A stretch of 64,000 nucleotides of DNA, taken from assembly GCA_026936335.1 (NCBI GenBank), contig JAPMXV010000061.1, positions 1 through 64,000 on the forward strand, read 5' to 3'. Of the stretch, positions 24,119-34,647 are shown in pieces. The notes beneath the pieces were generated by a model. That model was given only the letters and a program-made list of their open reading frames with translations. It was not told the origin of the DNA and did not search any database. The DNA is from Mantamonas sphyraenae STR306 (Eukaryota; Protista; CRuMs). Position 1 is the stretch's first letter. Each line of letters begins with the position of its first letter. The translations under genes and the position numbers were made by a program.

Positions 24119-25223
24119 ACGGCTCCTTCATTCTGCTCAAATGTGGCCACAGGCTCCAGCTCCACCTCTCCAACATCCACCCCGTTATCCACCGCACCCG
24201 CCTCCCCGTCACTCTCCTCCGCCTGCTCCTCCTTGCTTCGCCACACTTGCAACTCTCGGTTTTGCCTCACAAAGTGATACGTCACTGCAATTTGCAACGG
24301 ATCCACAATCAGCAGATCCACAAACACCAGGATGACAATGTTGGCCGCCACCCGTTCCCTTCCGTCTTCTCCCAGCTCCTCGCGCGCCCTATCCGTCATC
24401 GAAGAGATCAGCAGCACCAGCACAAGCACCGAAAACACAGCCAGAAGGAACATTCCGATTCCCCGTCGCAGTTTCATCCATCTCCGTCCAAACGCCCGCT
24501 TGGGGATCAACGTCACCAGCACGCCTTTCGCAAACACCTTGACGCACACCAGAACAAACCCCATCATCAACAGCTTCCCCTGCTGGCCGTTGCTTCGCCG
24601 TTGTGCCTGCTCGCTGTACACGACATCGCCCACAGAGTCGTCCGACGCCGTCCTGTCGCACACACGGATTTTGTGTGTCGCCATGTCCCGTGTCAGCGAC
24701 GTTTCCTCCAGAAACGGCTCCACTTCCTCCCCGACTGCCCGGCCCCCTCCCGCCCAATCCCCACTTACAGCACACCAACCACAACCGCACTGCACACACT
24801 TAGCACCAGAAAGTAGATGCGGCGCGTGCGGTTGAAATAGTCCCCTCCTTTGCGTGGCGCGTAGAAAATCCCAATCACATCATGCCGCAGCTTGATCTGC
24901 TCCCATGCCTTTTTCCAAAACTCTGCCGTCACAAACATGCCTGCACATGAGCACTGCAGGAAGCACACGTACGTCTCTTCCGCAGACGCATACTTGTTGC
25001 GACACTTGTTGTTCACCGCGCCAGCAATGAAGCAAAACGTCACCAGCCCCAGCAACACAAGCAACGCGGTCAACGTGCCCACTGCGCCCCCACTGTACGC
25101 TGGCTCGCTGTACAGCGTCATGTTCAACGCGAAATCGATGCACGCGTACACCAGCAGACACGTAAAGAAACACGCCGCCGACAAGCACCCCGACTCAGAG
25201 CACGACATGCATACACGACCCAT
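24115..25223 (-). CDS. Multi-pass membrane protein resembling the post-PLAT TM region of polycystin-1/REJ-type proteins
   Basis: IKLRHDVIGIF...YFNRTRRIYFLVLSV resembles the H.W.S.F....FTR..R motif. Intron ~24653-24768 (GTAAGT...GCTGAC...GACAG) joins the two ORFs in frame. Confidence 0.55.
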
Positions 25224-25238
25224 CCCTACAATCTGCTT

Positions 25239-26389
25239 TCACTCCTTGTTTGTTGCCTTTCCTCGCAATCGGCTCTCGGCCACTTCGATCACCTTGGCCG
25301 CTGCCGCGCCTCCGCTCCGCACACACGACGCAAACCCACCCCCCTCAAACGCATCCCCAGCCACCACAAGTCCACTCTCGTCCACCACGGCAGCCCCTCC
25401 GTACCCGCTCACCGCCTCGTTCCGATACACCTGGCTCGGCGACCACTCCGCAACCCCCGCCCGCAAACGCACTTCCTTCAACCGCCCATCGCCCAACACA
25501 ACCTCCTCCAACTCCTCCAACAGCTCCGCACACACCACCTCTGCCTCTTTTTCTCCCTTTAGCGCGTATGGCACACTCGAATGACCCATCATCACCACCG
25601 CTCCGTCCCCGTCTTCTTTCTTCCCTCGTTTCCGCCCCGAATTACACACATACCGCAGCGCACCCTCCCCGCCATCCACGTACCTCGCCATCCAGTCATT
25701 TTCCTCCCTCTCACTCAGCATCTCTGCTGCCTCTGCCGCATACTCTGCCACAAGCACCCACCGTTTGCTGTACACCGCCTCCAGCCCGTCTCCAAACACC
25801 TCTGGCAGCCCTACCAGCGGTCCTGTCCACACCAAACCATCGCTAACGCCCCACTCTCCCGTGTCAGTCGTCCTCCAACCTCCCCCTCCCCCTCCCCCCA
25901 CTCGTCAACTCACACCTCAATCTGTTCCCCGCTCTCGCTCTCTGCACACCACACACCATCACTCCCACCCTTTCGCCACACGTCGTTCACGCGCATGTTG
26001 CACGTCACTTCCGCCCCACTCTCTTCCAGCAGGTGTTCCACCATCCCCTGTGTCCGCCCCACAAAATGGCAAGCCCCGCGCCCGCCATGCTCCAGGAACG
26101 GGTCTCTGCCTGCCACCGTGTCCTCCAGTCTGTGCAGCAAGCCAGCTTCCACTAGCATCTCGTGCACCTCCTTCTCTTCCTCCCCCCACGCCTCTGTCTT
26201 TGTCACAAACTGCATCCCGCAGTCCACGTCAACCACGTCTCCCGTGTGCAACCGCATCGTGCTTGCCATCCGCCCTCCCACCCACGCCTCTGCCTCCCAA
26301 ACATGCAACTGCATCTCCAGCTCTGCCGCCGCAAGCCGCAAACATGTCGTTGCACCCGTCAGCCCGGCTCCAACCACAAGAACTCGCAT
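25239..26389 (-). CDS. Renalase-like FAD/NAD(P)-dependent oxidoreductase
   Basis: MRVLVVGAGLTG...VWE...VGGRMAS...DCGMQFVT; C-terminal LVVAGDAF...CVRSG; intron ~25843-25913. Confidence 0.88.
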
Positions 26390-26398
26390 CCTGTTCCA

Positions 26399-27757
26399 AT
26401 GCTCAAAACGGCGCGCAGGCACTTTCTGCGCAGAGTGCATCCCGATCGCTTTGCCAACAAACCTCACCTTGCACGCGAAAACACCCTCTCCCTCCAGAAA
26501 CTCGACGACTACCTCGCTGCAAAGCAGCCCACTGCCCCCGTCTTCCTCTGTTTCCACGTCGCCACAGGGCCCGCACACACCACCGTCAACATCAAACTCT
26601 CCCCAGACACACACCTCTCTCCCGACCAGCGTCACTACAACGCCCACTACCATGTTCTTCACGCCGCCCGCTGCCTTCCCGCAGACCTTCCGCCTCCCTC
26701 CACCTCTTTGAGCAACAACACAAACCCCTCCCACGCCAGCGACAGGCACACACCTCTCTCGGAGGTCTTGCGCAGGGAGCTTAAACATGACTTTCTGCAG
26801 CGCTACCGCGCTGACAATGCCTCCCCACGCATCCGCCTCGCCCCAGGCCTCCAGCCCCACCACGCCCGTCCATGGCGCTCCATCCCACTGCCCCACGTTC
26901 ACTCGCTCTACATACACAAGCGCCTTCAACGCCCACGCATCCGCCCTGTCGCAGACTGGTCCGCCTCCCTCTGCCGCGTCCTTGCCCTCGACATTGACAT
27001 CCACACCCGACCCAGTGACCTCCATTCTCTTCATGAGCACATCCAACAAACCGCCCAACACCTTGCCAACGACAACGAACGCGTTTTCGACGCCCAGCAG
27101 CGACTCCAAGACGCCTGGCTCCTCCACACCCACCCGCACATCGTCCTCGCTCCCCACGCCTCTCCTCCTTCCTCCTCTCCTGCCCACTCTCCCTTCTCCC
27201 TCGACCCTGTCCTGGAATGGGCCCACTCCTGGGCCCACCATGGCCCTCTCGTCATGAGCCATCTTGATCCGTCCGCCTACCGCCACCTCTCCCTCACCCT
27301 CGTCCACGGTCTCGACTCTCTCACCCTCCACCCTGCCCGTGGACAACTTTTCCTCGGCCACGCAACCATCCAAACCCTCCGTGACACCCTCATCCATGCC
27401 CAGGATGCCTTGCAGGCCACCTGGCGCGATCGGGACCTCGCCGCACACCTTGCACGCCAAATCGGCCATCTGCAACACTGGATCAATGTTCGACTCCTCC
27501 CGCCTCCTTCTGCAGACCTTGCGTTCGACCCCGATGCCCCGCACGCACCCAGGCTCGAGCACCTTCTCGACACACTCCGCCTCCTCGAGCCACACGCGCA
27601 CCATCTACGCCATTACCACAACCTCACCATCGCACTGGACCCGACACTGCCTACCGCCGCTGTGCACTCCACCGAACCCCACCTTCTCGTCCATTGGGAC
27701 GGCCACGAACCGTTGGACGTCCTGGATGCTCTCGCCACCGTAGAAACCACCCTGTAG
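26399..27757 (+). CDS. TCAIM-like (DUF4460/DUF4461) protein
   Basis: RHFLRRVHPDRFANKPHLARENTLSLQKLDDYL matches the DUF4460 J-like VHPD.F...P.....N..SL..L pattern. Confidence 0.75.
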   Translation: MLKTARRHFLRRVHPDRFANKPHLARENTLSLQKLDDYLAAKQPTAPVFLCFHVATGPAHTTVNIKLSPDTHLSPDQRHYNAHYHVLHAARCLPADLPPPSTSLSNNTNPSHASDRHTPLSEVLRRELKHDFLQRYRADNASPRIRLAPGLQPHHARPWRSIPLPHVHSLYIHKRLQRPRIRPVADWSASLCRVLALDIDIHTRPSDLHSLHEHIQQTAQHLANDNERVFDAQQRLQDAWLLHTHPHIVLAPHASPPSSSPAHSPFSLDPVLEWAHSWAHHGPLVMSHLDPSAYRHLSLTLVHGLDSLTLHPARGQLFLGHATIQTLRDTLIHAQDALQATWRDRDLAAHLARQIGHLQHWINVRLLPPPSADLAFDPDAPHAPRLEHLLDTLRLLEPHAHHLRHYHNLTIALDPTLPTAAVHSTEPHLLVHWDGHEPLDVLDALATVETTL

Positions 27758-27785
27758 ACACTGACCATTCCCATTCTTCATTCTT

Positions 27786-28801
27786 TCATTCCTCCGCCTC
27801 TTCAATCTTCTCAATCAAGTCCGACAACGGTTCCATCTCCTTGGGCTCAATCAACGCAAACTCCTTCACGAACCAGTAAAAGTGCTTGAACGATGTGTTG
27901 GTGTGTGCCTCTTCGCCCAGCGACACCAGCTTCTCAAAGTGCTGGTAGTAGATGTGCGCATACACACGGAACAGTCGCTTGAAGATGGTCTTGACGTGCG
28001 ACAGAAAGTTCTTGGGGAACGGCGTCTCCGTCTTGGATGGGAACAGGTCCTCGTTGTCCAGCTCGCTCTCGATCCACTCCATCAGACTCGACACGTACTC
28101 AGGCGCAGACACCTGCTTGGGCTTCTTCACCTTGACCCCGTCTGCCCAGTAGTACTCGTACTTGTTCCCTGCCATCATCTTCGGGCACGTCTCGTCTGTG
28201 CAGTGGTCCTGCAGCGTTCCGTACAGCATGTTGATCTGGTTGTAAAACACAACCGCTGCGTCGTTGCACACCACCCTCCCCTGTGTCAGCCTCCGACTCA
28301 AGCTGCCCCCACTTGACGCCGCGTAACTCACTGTTCACCGCCAGCCACTCCTTTTCGTCCTCGTCCTCAGGACACTTGACAGCCTCCTTCAGGTTCACAG
28401 CGCCCAGCGTGGCACAAGCCTGCTTGTGCAGCTCGAACCGCTTGGTGCCGTCTTGGAACTGGTTCCCCTTGCCCGGTCGAAACGTCTTGGAGTTTCCTCC
28501 GCTGCCCTCCCGCCCCAATCCCTCTCAGCGTCAGTGGCCGCTTTCCCGTGCCCCTCTCCGTCTTCTTCTCTCTCCCGCTGCACATGCATGCCTCCTTTGT
28601 GCTCTCCCGCCCTCGCCCGCCCCTCTGCCCTGTTCTGCACTCCTGTCTCCACCACGTCACTTACAAGAAATCCAGGATGCGCGACTACTCTCCGTCCACG
28701 TGTGTATGGTCCACCCATCCGTGCCCGTCCGTGTCAGTCTTACCTACGCACTCTTGACCACGTCCGCCTCACATTCCCAACACTCTGTTCCCACCCACCA
28801 T
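27786..28801 (-). CDS. MOB1: MOB1 kinase activator
   Basis: KTFRP...ATLG.VNLKEAVKCP..ED.KEWLAVN|..FYNQINMLYGT...CPKMMAG...IFKRLFRVYAHIY...EEAHTNTSFKHF. Three introns; the 5' exons are inferred. Confidence 0.95.
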
Positions 28802-28867
28802 GTGTGATTGCTTTGATTCCGAGCGAGCGCCACCTCCGTCAACGAAACCGTCTCGCGGCGCCCAGCC

Positions 28868-30260
28868 ATGTCTCGATTTGCACGCTTTCGCCGCACACGC
28901 GCCCAAAACACCTGTGGCGACATCCTTGCTGCCGGACTGCAGTCTCTCAGCCAGCAGGAGCAGGCCAGCGTCGAGCTCCGCAAACACATCGGCGAGATCC
29001 AGGTTGTGCGCAAGTCTGCCAGCTTTGCAGGCGACTTTACCGCCTACATGCCTCTCGAGGTGTCTGAAATGATCATGAGGTGAGTCAACATCCCTCCTGA
29101 AGCCTCGCTTTCCACTCCGCCGCTCCTTCGGGGTTCCTGCAACTCGAATTCTCGCTGACCCCCGCAACCCCAGCCACCTCCCTCTCCCCGACCTCGCACG
29201 TGCCGCAAGCGTCAATCGCTCCTGGAACGATGTCTGCACCTCCAACTACCTCTGGCACACTCTCGTCCACCGAGATTGGATCCAACGCTGTGCCCTGGCC
29301 CCCGACGGCCGGTTGCAGAGCAACCCCGAAGTGGAGAACTCCTCTTCCTCGTCCTCGTCCTCGTCCTCTTCCTCGTCCTCTTTCTCCTCTTCCACCACCA
29401 CCACCACCTCCTCCTCCTCCACCACCACCTCCTCCTCGCTCTCCGTCTCCTCCTCCGACACCCAACTCGACGTCCAACAAGATTTCAACTACCTCGCCTC
29501 CCTGACTCCAACTTCCCTCTCGACAACCTCCTCCTCCTCCACCGTCTCCTCTACCTACACACGCATGGACCACAGGGAGGAGTACAAAATGCTCAAACAC
29601 ACCATCAAGCTCTTCAACCAGACCTCCACCCCGGCCGTCGCCCTCCTCAAACTCCGTGATGCGGGCTATCTGCCCTCCACAGACCAGCTCGCTCGATTCC
29701 TCTACAGAGGCGCCTCTGCAGGTGTCCTCTCCCACATCAAGGTGGGCGACATCGTCGCAGACGCAAAGGGCGACGCGGTCCTCCTCAACGCCTTCTACGC
29801 ACACTACAGCTTCTCCATGGACTCTCTCCCTTACGACATGCGCCACCTTCTCCACGTCATCTCTCTGCCAAAAAGCAACCGCAAGCAGATGGACATCATG
29901 GACAGTTTCGCCGACTTTTACCTCCGCCGATGTGCCGACCTCGGCCGCTTTCAACGCGTTCTCATCAACGAACAAGTGACTCTCTTCATTGCCTACGCAG
30001 TGTTGCTCGTCAACACCACCCTGCACCATCCACGCATCACCCCAAACCACCGCATGGGTCGCGAGGCGTTCATTGCCGGCTCCCGCATCCTTGAGATCGA
30101 GTACACCAACGTCGGCCTCGACTTTCCCACCCGGTTCTTTGAAGAGGTGTACGATGAGATTGCTCGCTTCGGTCTCGATTGCGGCGGCAAGTTGCCACAC
30201 CGAGCTCGCTCCTCCTTTGCCATCGAGCGTGAGCGTCCCACCGTCACTCCCGACGCCTGA
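28868..30260 (+). CDS. F-box + Sec7 domain protein (FBXO8-like)
   Basis: Splicing intron ~29080-29183 gives the F-box MPLEVSEMIMSHLPLPDLARAASVNRSWNDVC...LW. A Ser tract follows, then Sec7-like IKLFNQ...FIAYAVLLVNTTLHHP...RMGREAFI...EEVYDEI. Confidence 0.8.
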
Positions 30261-30334
30261 ACCCCAATGAACTACCCCTGTTGTACATAGTGTTCACCCT
30301 CCGCTCACCGACCCATCCAAATCACCACCCCGCC

Positions 30335-31231
30335 ATGTCCACCGTGGGCAGAAAATCCGTCAAGTTTACCCTCGAGTTTGCTGGCAAGGCCAAGCAGATG
30401 GAGATCAGTCGCATGCCCCTTCAATCGAAAAACCTCCTGCGCGAGTTTGGGCTGAAAACAGACAACCCCCACATGCACTTTGTCCTCCTGCGCGACGAGG
30501 ACGGCACCGAGATCCCCCTGAAAAAGGCCTCCATGGGCAGGCTGCAAATCACTCACAAAATGGTTGAGGAAGGCAAAATCTACGAGCTTGTCCTCGAAGG
30601 TATTCTACCATCTCGTCGCCTCGATCCATCGTCAGCCTACCCCGCCCAATCTGCCCTGAGACTTGCCCGCTCCTCCCGCTCACATCGTCACCGTCTTTCC
30701 CCGCCCTCTACGCTGCATACAACTGCAACCACCCGTCCCGTCCCGTCCCGTCTCCCTCCAGACTCTCGCATCTACTGTGTCCAGGAGCTTACGGACGAGC
30801 AAAAGGCCTACATCGGCCTTCTCTTTAACGAGTACGACGCAGACGCCAACGGCAGCATCAGCCGCGACGAGTTTGTCGCCTACATCAACGGCCACGTCCA
30901 GGAATGCATCGACGAAGAGAGGAAACGGTTGTTTGAGCATACAGACAGCGACACTCCCGTCGAGGAGCGTGAAGAGCTCGAAGAGACCTTTTCCTGTGAG
31001 TTGATGTTGCGTGCACGAATCATGTTTCACTCGCCCCACCTCACACGCCTCGTCTCCTCTCCCGCCCCTTCCACAGTCATTCGCACCGGTCTCTTGGAGC
31101 AGGGCAAGACGTGGATTTCCGATATGGAGCAGCAGGACACAGACAACAACGGCGTTATCACACTCCAAGAGTTTACCCTCTACATGGCCCAGATGCTCAC
31201 CGATCCCGAGCACAGCGACGTCGCCATCTGA
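30335..31231 (+). CDS. EF-hand calcium-binding protein
   Basis: EF loops DADANGSISRDEF and DTDNNGVITLQEF; introns 30600-30761 and 30996-31076. Confidence 0.85.
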   Translation: MSTVGRKSVKFTLEFAGKAKQMEISRMPLQSKNLLREFGLKTDNPHMHFVLLRDEDGTEIPLKKASMGRLQITHKMVEEGKIYELVLEGILPSRRLDPSSAYPAQSALRLARSSRSHRHRLSPPSTLHTTATTRPVPSRLPPDSRIYCVQELTDEQKAYIGLLFNEYDADANGSISRDEFVAYINGHVQECIDEERKRLFEHTDSDTPVEEREELEETFSCELMLRARIMFHSPHLTRLVSSPAPSTVIRTGLLEQGKTWISDMEQQDTDNNGVITLQEFTLYMAQMLTDPEHSDVAI

Positions 31232-31289
31232 TATCTGATATCCACCTCACTCTGTATGTACATAATCGCAATTCACTGAATCGTTTCCA

Positions 31290-33428
31290 TCACCGCTTCC
31301 CCCTTTCAAATCCCTCGAAAAAGTCCAGCTGATCCTGCGTCACCCGCGGGCTCACTCGCCACATGGCACTGTCAAAGTGCCGCATGCCCACCCCACCAAT
31401 CTCAAAGTCTTCTTGCAGTGCAGCCAGCGCTGCCTCTCTGCAGCACGCCGCAATCTCCGCGCCTGTGTACCCGTCCAGTTGCCTCGCAAGCTCCTCCACC
31501 TCCACATCCTCCTCCAAAGGCATTTTGCGCGTGTGGATGCCCACAATGGCCTTGCGTGCCTCCATGTCCGGCAATCCCACGTACAACAGCCTGTCGAACC
31601 GCCCTGGCCGCAACAGGGCCGAGTCGAGCGCGTCCGGTCTGTTTGTCGCCGCCACCACTATCACGTTGGTCAGCGGCACCACGCCGTCCATCTCTGTCAG
31701 CAGTTGTGCCAGTACGCGCTCCTCCACACCCCCGGCTTCCCCGTCGCGTTTGGTCGCCAGCGCGTCAATCTCGTCGAAAAACACAATCGACGGCGACGCC
31801 GCACGTGCTTTGCGAAACACCTCCCGCACCGCCTTTTCGCTTTCACCCACCCACTTGCTAAACAACTCCGGTCCCTTCACCGCCAGAAAGTTCAGGCCCG
31901 TCTCGCACGCCAACGCTTTCGCCATCAGCGTCTTGCTGCAGCCCGGTGGGCCGTACAGCAGGATGCCCTTGGGTGCACGTATTCCCATGCGCTCAAACAG
32001 TGCAGGATACTTCAATGGCCACTCGGCCGCCTGCTGGAGCTTCTGCTTCACCTCTGCCTGCCCGCCAATGTCATCCCAACGCACACGAGGAATGTCCAAC
32101 AGGATCTCTCGCATCGCCGACGCCTTGACCATGGCACGTGCCCCATCCATGTCCTCCGACACCACGCAACTCTCCCCACGTTTCACCGCACGCAGCGCAG
32201 CCTCCTTGCACAGCGCAGACAAATCCGCCCCCACAAAACCGTGTGTCCCTGCCGCCAGTCGCTCCACATACTCGTCATCCAGAGCATGCGACAGACGCGA
32301 CAAAAGCACCGTCAGGATTTCCCGTCGTTGTTCTGCCCCAGGCACGCCAATCTCAATTTCTCTGTCGAATCGTCCGGGCCTGCGCAACGCCGCGTCCAGG
32401 CTGTTTGGTCGGTTTGTGGCTGCCATGACCAGCACCCCGTCCGCAGCCTCTCCACCATCCATCAAAGTCAACAGCGTGCCCACCACACGTCGCGACGACT
32501 CTCCCGTGTGCATGTCTTCCCGCGATGGTGCCAGCGCATCCAATTCGTCGATAAACACAATGGCCGGTGCACGCCTCGCTGCCGCCTCAAACACCTCCCG
32601 CAGTCGCACTTCGGTCTCACCGTAATACTTGCTCACAATGTCTGGACCGTTGATCACCAGCAGTGGCACCCCAAGCTGCGACGCCGTCGTGCGCGCAAGC
32701 AGCGTCTTGCCAGTTCCAGGGGGCCCATGAAGCAGCAACCCACGCGTCGGCTTCAAGCCCATCTCCTTGTACACATGTGGATTGAGCAGCGACATGTCCA
32801 CCAGCTCCCGAATGCTCTCCACCTGCTCCCGCAACCCACCCACCAGCTCTTGTTCCTTCGTTTCGTCCTCCCCCATTGCCTCCACGCCCTCTGCACTTGC
32901 CTCCAAGTTGGTGTTGTGTACATCGTCCACCTCGATGCTCGTCTGCATCCCCACCCGCCACACTTGCACCCCATTCTCTACACCCGCCGTCGACGCAGGC
33001 TCCACCTCCACACGAGCCTTCCACCGTCGCCCATACAGCTGCACCGGCACCATCTGCCCTTGCAGCAGATGCATCCCCTGCATCCGTTGCAAAAGGTAAG
33101 CCCGTACAGCCACGGGCGAATACGTGGCCAGTTCCTCCGAATCCCACTCACCCAGCACTCGCATCTGAGACGCATTCACCACGCGCGCCACTCGTTCCAC
33201 CTCCACTCGTTCCCCAATACCCACCTCCAGGGTCTCACACACTCCGGCATCCATTCCTACCTCCCCTTCTCCTATCTCCGACCACGGAACAGCTTGCAAG
33301 CACATTTGCTCCGCCCCACTCACCATCACCACATCCCCGGCCTCCACATCCAGCGCCTCCATGTCGCTTGCATTCAACAGCGCCATCCGCGCATTCTTTG
33401 CGTGCGGACGCACTTCCGACACAAACAT
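31290..33428 (-). CDS. AFG2: AFG2/SPATA5 (Drg1)-type double AAA+ ATPase
   Basis: D1 GPPGTGKT and D2 GPPGCSKT, FLAVKGPELFSKWVGESEKAVR, RPGRFDR. The GCSKT Walker A is characteristic of the AFG2/SPATA5 group. Confidence 0.9.
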   Translation of the reverse strand: MFVSEVRPHAKNARMALLNASDMEALDVEAGDVVMVSGAEQMCLQAVPWSEIGEGEVGMDAGVCETLEVGIGERVEVERVARVVNASQMRVLGEWDSEELATYSPVAVRAYLLQRMQGMHLLQGQMVPVQLYGRRWKARVEVEPASTAGVENGVQVWRVGMQTSIEVDDVHNTNLEASAEGVEAMGEDETKEQELVGGLREQVESIRELVDMSLLNPHVYKEMGLKPTRGLLLHGPPGTGKTLLARTTASQLGVPLLVINGPDIVSKYYGETEVRLREVFEAAARRAPAIVFIDELDALAPSREDMHTGESSRRVVGTLLTLMDGGEAADGVLVMAATNRPNSLDAALRRPGRFDREIEIGVPGAEQRREILTVLLSRLSHALDDEYVERLAAGTHGFVGADLSALCKEAALRAVKRGESCVVSEDMDGARAMVKASAMREILLDIPRVRWDDIGGQAEVKQKLQQAAEWPLKYPALFERMGIRAPKGILLYGPPGCSKTLMAKALACETGLNFLAVKGPELFSKWVGESEKAVREVFRKARAASPSIVFFDEIDALATKRDGEAGGVEERVLAQLLTEMDGVVPLTNVIVVAATNRPDALDSALLRPGRFDRLLYVGLPDMEARKAIVGIHTRKMPLEEDVEVEELARQLDGYTGAEIAACCREAALAALQEDFEIGGVGMRHFDSAMWRVSPRVTQDQLDFFEGFERGKR

Positions 33429-33499
33429 TGAGCTGGTGGACCTGGAGCCTCTGCCCGGCGTCCGCCAGCCAGATTCTCCCCCTCCTCGTCTCCCTTTCC

Positions 33500-34602
33500 A
33501 TGGTCCGTTTGTGCCACGCCTCGTATGCATCCCGCACACCCTCCACTTCCTTTGAAATTCCATTGCTGACTCCCTCCACACACGCCCCGCCCTCCAGATC
33601 AAGGCCGTCCTCCTCCTCTCCTCCGTAGATGGCGAGCCACGCCTCGTCAAGTTCTACGGACGATATGTATGTCTCGCCAAACATGTGTCCATGCCCTCTC
33701 CTGCACCCATGCGCCCTCCAACGCCTCTTTTCCTCTGCACACGTCGCTAACCCAGCAGCCCCTCTCTGGCCATTACTGTTCACGCCTCCGCTGCCGCTCC
33801 CTCTGCCGCCCCCACCCTCGTACAGACGGAAGAGTTCAAACACGGGGCCATGGTAGACACACACAATGCCATTTGCGATCGCAGCGACAACCAATGCAAC
33901 TTTGTGGACTGCTCCAAACGGTGGGGCCCCGGCCACAAGCTCGTGTACAAGCGCTACATGGCCCTGAACATTGTGCTGTGTGTCGATGAAGCAGAAAGCG
34001 AGTTGGTCATGCTCGACCTCATTTCTGACCTCGTTCGTTCCATCGACAAGCTGTTTGGCAACGCCACAGAACTCGACCTCGTCCTCAATCCCGAGCGCGC
34101 CATGTCCCTCATTGACGAGCTCCTTGTCGGTGGCTTTGCCCTGGACACGCCTACGCAAGAAGTCCTCGACGACCTCGAGGCCATGGGTGTCACCTACGAT
34201 ATGTTTGACTCAATGGCAGACGCCATGTACGTCAAAGGCCTTGCGCCCGACCCCAACCCGGACCAGGAAGGCCACGACCTTCCCATGGAGCTCTACCAAG
34301 CACAAACCGCGTATCTGTTGGAAGACCCACGACACACGCTGCGGTCAGACAGTCACGTGCCTTTGCACCGCGACTCGCCACTGCAAGGCCAGTCCACCAC
34401 CAGTGCCAGTGCCAGCAGCGACAACAGTGCCAGCAGCTCCACCTCCACCACCTCCACCACCTCCGACAACCAATTGGACACAGACTTTTCTCCCACAGCC
34501 AAGCAAACGACGCCAGCCTCGCCCCCTGCTGCCAAGAAACCCGAAGGGCCTTCGGTGTTTTCCTGGGCCTTTTGGGCCGGCGATGAAGACGTGGAGCCGT
34601 AA
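33500..34602 (+). CDS. Adaptor complex small (sigma) subunit, AP-3 sigma-like, with C-terminal extension
   Basis: ATG|intron 33503-33597|IKAVLLLSSVDGEPRLVKFY|intron 33667-33825|...RSDNQCNFV...VDEAESELVMLDLI...ELDLV...VGGFALDT. Confidence 0.8.
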
Positions 34603-34647
34603 GTCCTGCCAACCAAAAGGAATCATGTACATAGCGTCACCAGTCGT

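Noticed and set aside
24760-24800. Frameshift between ORFs 24765..25223 and 24115..24795
   Set aside because: Explained by a canonical GTAAGT...GCTGAC...CAG intron that restores the frame.
16170-31076. Excess of stop-free 3n introns (90, 93, 162, 162, 81 nt) as a regulated retention system
   Set aside because: Ascertainment bias from long ORFs plus C-rich, stop-poor composition; other introns (95, 98, 104, 326 nt) are not 3n.
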